Shown piece after piece: positions 58,729 through 64,000 of a stretch of 64,000 bases of DNA. The notes beneath the pieces were generated by a model that was not told the origin of the DNA, searched no databases, and worked only from the letters and a program-made list of their open reading frames with translations. The stretch spans positions 248,001-312,000 of the forward strand of contig JAANOX010000011.1 in assembly GCA_020184695.1 (NCBI GenBank), in the 5' to 3' direction. This stretch comes from Histomonas meleagridis 2922-C6/04-290x (taxonomy: Eukaryota > Protista > Parabasalia). The position numbers were made by a program, and so were the translations under genes. Position 1 is the stretch's first letter, and each line of letters starts with the position of its first letter.

Positions 58729-59482
58729 ATAGATTTTTATTAATTTTTGTAAATTGTTTTTTAATATCAAATGTTAATTCTTTATCAAAAATGTGGAATA
58801 TTCATAATTTAATCTTCTTTAGATAAATGCAAAAAAAAAAAAATAAAAATTGTGCTGTTTGATCAATAGATAAAATCCAGATAGAATTTCATGAGAAAAT
58901 ATAAATCAAAAACCAATGAATCTTGATTCCATTCATTGCAAAGCAATTATATTCGATGCTTCAAATATTTAATGACAAAATAAAATTCTTTTACATTTCA
59001 TACCCAAAATAAATCCTTTACAACCATTATGCTTATTGAAAACAATACATCAAAGCAACCTATGAAAAGATGTTATGGGAATATATCTTTGATCCAGAGT
59101 AAATTTTTTTGTTATTCATTAGTGCAAAACTTAACTGTCACTTAAATTCAATGTTTTTGTTCGTTTAACACTGTTTTTTTCAATGATATTAGTGGTTTAA
59201 AAAGTAAATTATACAACATGTAAACTATTAAAAAATAAATTTAACAATTTTTTGGAAATTGAAGGAATTTTTTTCATTTAATGGGAATTTTCGGGATTAA
59301 TATCATCCATAAATTATATTATTAAAATAAAAAAAAGGTGGTGAAAATTCGAAGAGAAATATATTTGGAAATAATATCACTTTTCATTCATGAAAATATT
59401 TGAAAGTATTTCATATATCAATAGATTTAATAATATATCTAAATAATAATTATTTATTATGAAGAGAAAATATTAACTAAAT

Positions 59483-61050
59483 TCATTCGACCACATGAAG
59501 AAGTTCAACGACTTTTTTGTGACCTTTAGAGGATTCATAATCAAGTGCTGTATAAAATAATTTAAGTAATTTCCAAATATTGTTTTGAAATATAAAATTA
59601 TTAAAATAAACATTAAATAAAACAAATAAATATTTTTAGCATTAATATCAATTCCTTCTTGTTCAAGAAGTAATTTGACTATTTCTATATAACCTTCTTC
59701 AGATGCTCTAACAAGTGCTGTTTTAAATAATTTGAATAATTTCCAAATATTATATTGAAATATCATTTTATCTAAATAAATATTAAATAAAACAAATAAA
59801 TATCTTTAGCATTAATATCAATTCCTTCTTGTTCAAGAAGTAATTTGACTATTTTTGTATAACCACCTTCAGATGCCAATATAAGTGCTGTCCAAAATAT
59901 TTTAAATAATTTCCAAATATTATATTGAAATATCATTTTATCTAAATAAATATTAAATAAAACAAATAAATATCTTTAGCATTAATATCAATTCCTTCTT
60001 GTTCAAGAAGTAATTTAACGATTTCTGTATGACCTTTATCAGATGCCAATATAAGTGCTGTATTAAATATTTTAAATAATTTCCAAATATTATATTGAAA
60101 TATAAAAATATTAAAATAAATTTCAATTAAAACAAATAAATATTTTTAGCATTAATATCAATTCTTTCTTGTTCAAGAAGTAATTTGACTATTTCTGTAT
60201 GACCATAATAAGATGCTTCATTAAGTGCTGTATTAAATATTTGAAATAATTTCCAAATATTATTTTGAAATATAAAAATATTAAAATAAATTTCAATTAA
60301 AACAAATAAATATCTTTAGCATTAATGTCAATTTCTTTTTGTTCAAGAAGTAATTTGACTATTTTTGTATTACCTTTATCAGATGCCAATATAAGTGCTG
60401 TATTAAATATTTTAAATAATTTCCAAATATTATATTGAAATATAAAAATATTAAAATAAATTTCAATTAAAACAAATAAATATTTTTAGCATTAATATCA
60501 ATTCCTTCTTGTTCAAGAAGTAATTTAACGATTTCTGTATGACCTTTATCAGATGCCAATATAAGTGCTGTATTAAATATTTGAAATAATTTCCAAATAT
60601 TATATTGAAATATAAAAATATTAAAATAAATTTCAATTAAAACAAATAAATATTTTTAGCATTAATATCAATTCTTTCTTGTTCAAGAAGTAATTTGACT
60701 ATTTTTGTATGACCTTTATCAGATGCTAATATAAGTGCTGTATTAAATATTTTAAACAATTTCCAAATATTATATTGAAATATAAAATTATTAAAATAAA
60801 TATTAAATAAAACAAATAAATATCTTTAGCATTAATATCAATTCCTTTTTGTTCAAGAAGTAATTTGACTATTTCTGTATGACCATAATAAGATGCTTCA
60901 TTAAGTGCTGTATTAAATATTTGAAATAATTTCCAAATATTATTTTGAAATATAAAAATATTAAAATAAATTTCAATTAAAACAAATAAATATCTTTAGC
61001 ATTAATGTCAATTTCTTTTTGCTTTAAAATGTATGTAACAAGTTCAATAT
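59483..61050 (-). repeat. Exact 170-nt-period ankyrin+spacer tandem array
   Basis: Anchors at 59641, 59811, 59981, 60151, 60321, 60491, 60661, 60831 and 61001. Confidence 0.97.
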
Positions 61051-62248
61051 TTCCTGAAAATGAAGCAAAAACTAAAATATTTCCTAAAAGTTGATTATTT
61101 TTAAGGAAATATTTTACAAGAAAAATATTTCCAATTTTTGCTGCTTCTTTAATGATATTTTCATTAATTTTCATTCCTTCTTTTTCTAAATATGTAAAAA
61201 TTTCATAATTAAAATATGAAACGCATTTTTCACCTAATTCTTTTAAATTATCAATATCTTCAGTTTTATTTTCATAAAGATATTTAAAGATATCATTTCG
61301 ATGAAACATAATTGCTGCTTCATATGCACCTTCAAATGATGAATGATTTTGTTCACATAAATGAATAATTTCTTCATTTCCACCTGCAACTGCGTATTTA
61401 CCTATGTTTTTAACATTTGCACTATTCATAAGTAAATATTTAAAACATTTAATTGATCCAAAAAATGCTGCATAATCAATTAATGTAACACTTTGCTTAT
61501 TAATAAAAGAACATCTTTCATAAAGTGATGGCTCAATTGTTTGATTAAAATTAAATTTTGTATTAGATGATATTTCTTGAAGTTTATCTACTTCATCATT
61601 TCGAATTATTTTCGCAATTTCATTCGGATTATGTCCTTCTTTAATATATTTTTCATGAAGTTCAAAATCATTATTTGAAAGTTCTTCATAATTTTCTACT
61701 AAAGGTTTTTCTATTGGTTCAATTCTTTTCCGATTTCTCCTACTTTTATTTTGATTGTCTAAAACATTGTTTTCAGTTTTAGTTTTACGATGCATGAAAT
61801 AATTTGAATTAATATTTTTGAGGATATTTACATCAATTAACTTGAGTTCAATCATTCTCTCTATTATATAATATTTTTCCTTTGATACTATTTCAGATAT
61901 GAAGTTGGTAAAAATCTTAATGACTTTTGGATATTCTTTATTCATTTCTTCTTCTGCTTGCAACATTTCTAAGTATTTAAGATATGTATTTATTTCGCAT
62001 TTTTGAGATGAAAATGCATAATAAATCAAAGTACAAATAACAGAATTAAATGAATATGGATATTTTGAATTAAATAGCTCCATTGTTCGTCGAATTGATA
62101 ATTCAATATTTTCATTAGTTAAATTAAATATTACTTGTTCAAGAGATATAAGTATTTTTATATAACTAGTTTGAGTTTCATTAACTTTACTATTTCTCTT
62201 GGGAGAACTTGAAGATTTTGTTGTATTACGTTTGTTAGTTTTAGGCAT
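59483..62248 (-). CDS. DUF3447-type ankyrin-repeat protein, paralog F (9 spacers of 77 nt)
   Basis: ORF 60977..62248 ends at a TAA inside the first spacer. Eight further 93-nt ankyrin segments follow, then the terminal repeat YTALDYESSKGHKKVVELLHVVE* (TGA 59483-59485). Confidence 0.82.
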
Positions 62249-62519
62249 GCCTAAAGTTTGTGTTTATCTTCAGTTGCAAAAAAGTGAAATATTTTAAATA
62301 GTTTACGATTATTTGAATGCAATTTCATCGTTATCATCTTTTGTTATGTTCAAATTCTTTTAAATATAAATTTTGAATTTGTATTATGAAAAAAGTATTA
62401 GTAAAATCTCATTGTGATCATCCCAAACCTTTTCTCATTAAAAAAAATCATATTATGTAAAATGTATTTTGGAATTAACAAAATTAACAAATAAATATTT
62501 ATTTGTGATATATGAATCT

Positions 62520-63273
62520 TTTATCCCGTTTAAGCTTTTGGAAACATATTTTTTCATAAATATGTTTCATTTCAGATATCGCCAAAATATGTTCGAAACA
62601 TTATGGCAAAAAACCTGAAGCAGAATTCCTAATATTTTACGACCAGTTTGTTTGGAAATAATTAAATAGTTTATTCTTATGGATTTAGGGGTCGAGTAAA
62701 CCGTCAAATATTTGAATGTTAAATCACGGTTAAAACTGCCATAAATAATTCTACTATTTCTAGAAATTCATCAGAAGAAATCAAGGAATAACATATTGAC
62801 ATATCTAAATTCACCTGAACCTTCATAATCAGGATTATCAATGAACCCATACTTGTCCATTTTTTCTCTGAAAATTCTTCGTTGATTAATGCTCGTTCGG
62901 GATCTATGGAGAAATTGATCAATAATAAGACCATCGATTTCAAATGCCTGATATAGATAAACACATATACAGATATTCTGAAATTGTTTCTTTTTTGATA
63001 GATTTCAATGCCCTTGCAATTCGATCTATAATTGTTTCTTTATTATATTTAGATGTTACTCTTAACATCTCTTTTAAATAGAATCCAAACGTGACCAGAT
63101 CTAACAGTTGAAAGATGCGTGATGAATGTTATCCTGTGTCTGGTCACTGTTTTTATGAATTCGCTATTGAGTAAACTAATAAAGTGTCCCCTTATTGTGG
63201 CATTGATAAATTTACATAGACAATCATGATTTCTTGCTTTTACCCTTAGTACACCAAAAAATGCATATTTCAT
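62520..63273 (-). pseudogene. Degenerate coding remnant, possibly Mutator/MULE-transposase-like
   Basis: Broken frames give YIDRIARALKSIKK/QFQNICICVYLYQA, KMDKYGF..DYEGSGEFRYVNML and KLFNYFQTNW, which loosely recall MULE motifs. There are many stops and frameshifts. Confidence 0.25.
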
Positions 63274-64000
63274 TTTTAACGAAAAACGAAATATTTAAAT
63301 TAAGTATAAAAAAAAAATTGACCATTTTTTTCTTTTTTATTTTCAAATATGATTATGATGATGATTTGGTTGAAATGATATCAAAGTTTTATTGAGATTC
63401 TTCTGCTGAGTTTTGAGAAAAAGTTGTTAGAATATGCACGTATAACGCATAATAAATATTTCCTTCTTCCGACGATTATTTTTAATTCAAAAAGTTTATA
63501 GCCATAAAATATTTGAATTCTAAATCGCGGTTTTTAAACGGTCGTGCAAAATACCACTTTTCCTCGAAATTCAGCATAAGAAATCTATAAATATTTCAGA
63601 AAAATTAAATTTTGTATATATAAATGCTTACATAAAATTTATAAGAGAAAAAAAGGATGAGTTTTTAGAGTCTTGATGATTTTTTGGCATGTAAATATTA
63701 ATAATAAATATACTTTTTCTCAAAATCAATAATATTTATTTTATAAAAAACCTAATAGTATATATAGCAATGTTATTGTGCAAATTAATATGTATAAACA
63801 ATAAAAAAATTATGTAAAATTTTTTAATCAAATTTCGAATAATTCAATTTTCTAAATTAAAGTCATATACTCAAATAATCCGAATCTAGCCAAATAATTT
63901 TTACTATAAAATTTTATTTATATTATAAGTGTATATGCTTGAAAAAGTAATTACAAATTTTCTGAAGGGACATCTCGAAACGGTTTACTAACATTTTCAA

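Noticed and set aside
59725-59801. One -1 programmed frameshift per repeat, translating the spacer as a hydrophobic linker
   Set aside because: In-frame stops occur early in several spacers, and the inserted F/L/I-rich peptide would replace the DxxG hairpin that the 17/3 parsing restores exactly.
60725-60821. Conserved RNA hairpin within the spacers (TATTTTAATAATTT pairing with AAATTATTTAAAATA)
   Set aside because: Such A/U-only stems arise easily at this composition and are not preserved in the diverged or shortened spacers. Not supported without a covariation analysis.
172-64000. Stop-codon reassignment (alternative genetic code) as the cause of broken ankyrin genes
   Set aside because: Conserved genes end normally at TAA and have long stop-free ORFs in the standard code. 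Reassignment would not fix the 77-nt frame shifts.

Overview
Very AT-rich, gene-dense eukaryotic DNA with almost no introns. It is most likely from a parabasalid (trichomonad/tritrichomonad-type) protist. This is inferred from expanded DUF3447-ankyrin genes, a BspA-like LRR surface protein, a large BEACH protein and a half-size ABCA. Housekeeping and trafficking genes include a t-SNARE, Rab, RPL35, ATG3, Sec7-PH, importin-beta-like, RPS21, RasGAP, ABCA and a UBR-box protein. These are interspersed with six DUF3447-ankyrin paralogs, an inverted segmental duplication and a 2.4-kb 23-bp satellite. Main discovery: in all six ankyrin genes the beta-hairpin of each canonical C-terminal ankyrin repeat is interrupted by an AT-rich spacer (77, 60, 57 or 97 nt) with no GT-AG ends. 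The spacers resolve into 17-nt blocks separated by single retained codons. Dropping the 17-nt blocks rebuilds textbook ankyrin hairpins (DKDGWTAL, DNDGKTAL, DKDGRTAL, DEYGNTAL) and, for most of the genes, a continuous reading frame to a terminal repeat. This suggests a non-canonical keep-3/skip-17 processing system with 3-nt micro-exons, which I do not recognise from any described mechanism. The assembly also shows probable homopolymer indel errors, so single-base frameshifts are treated cautiously.
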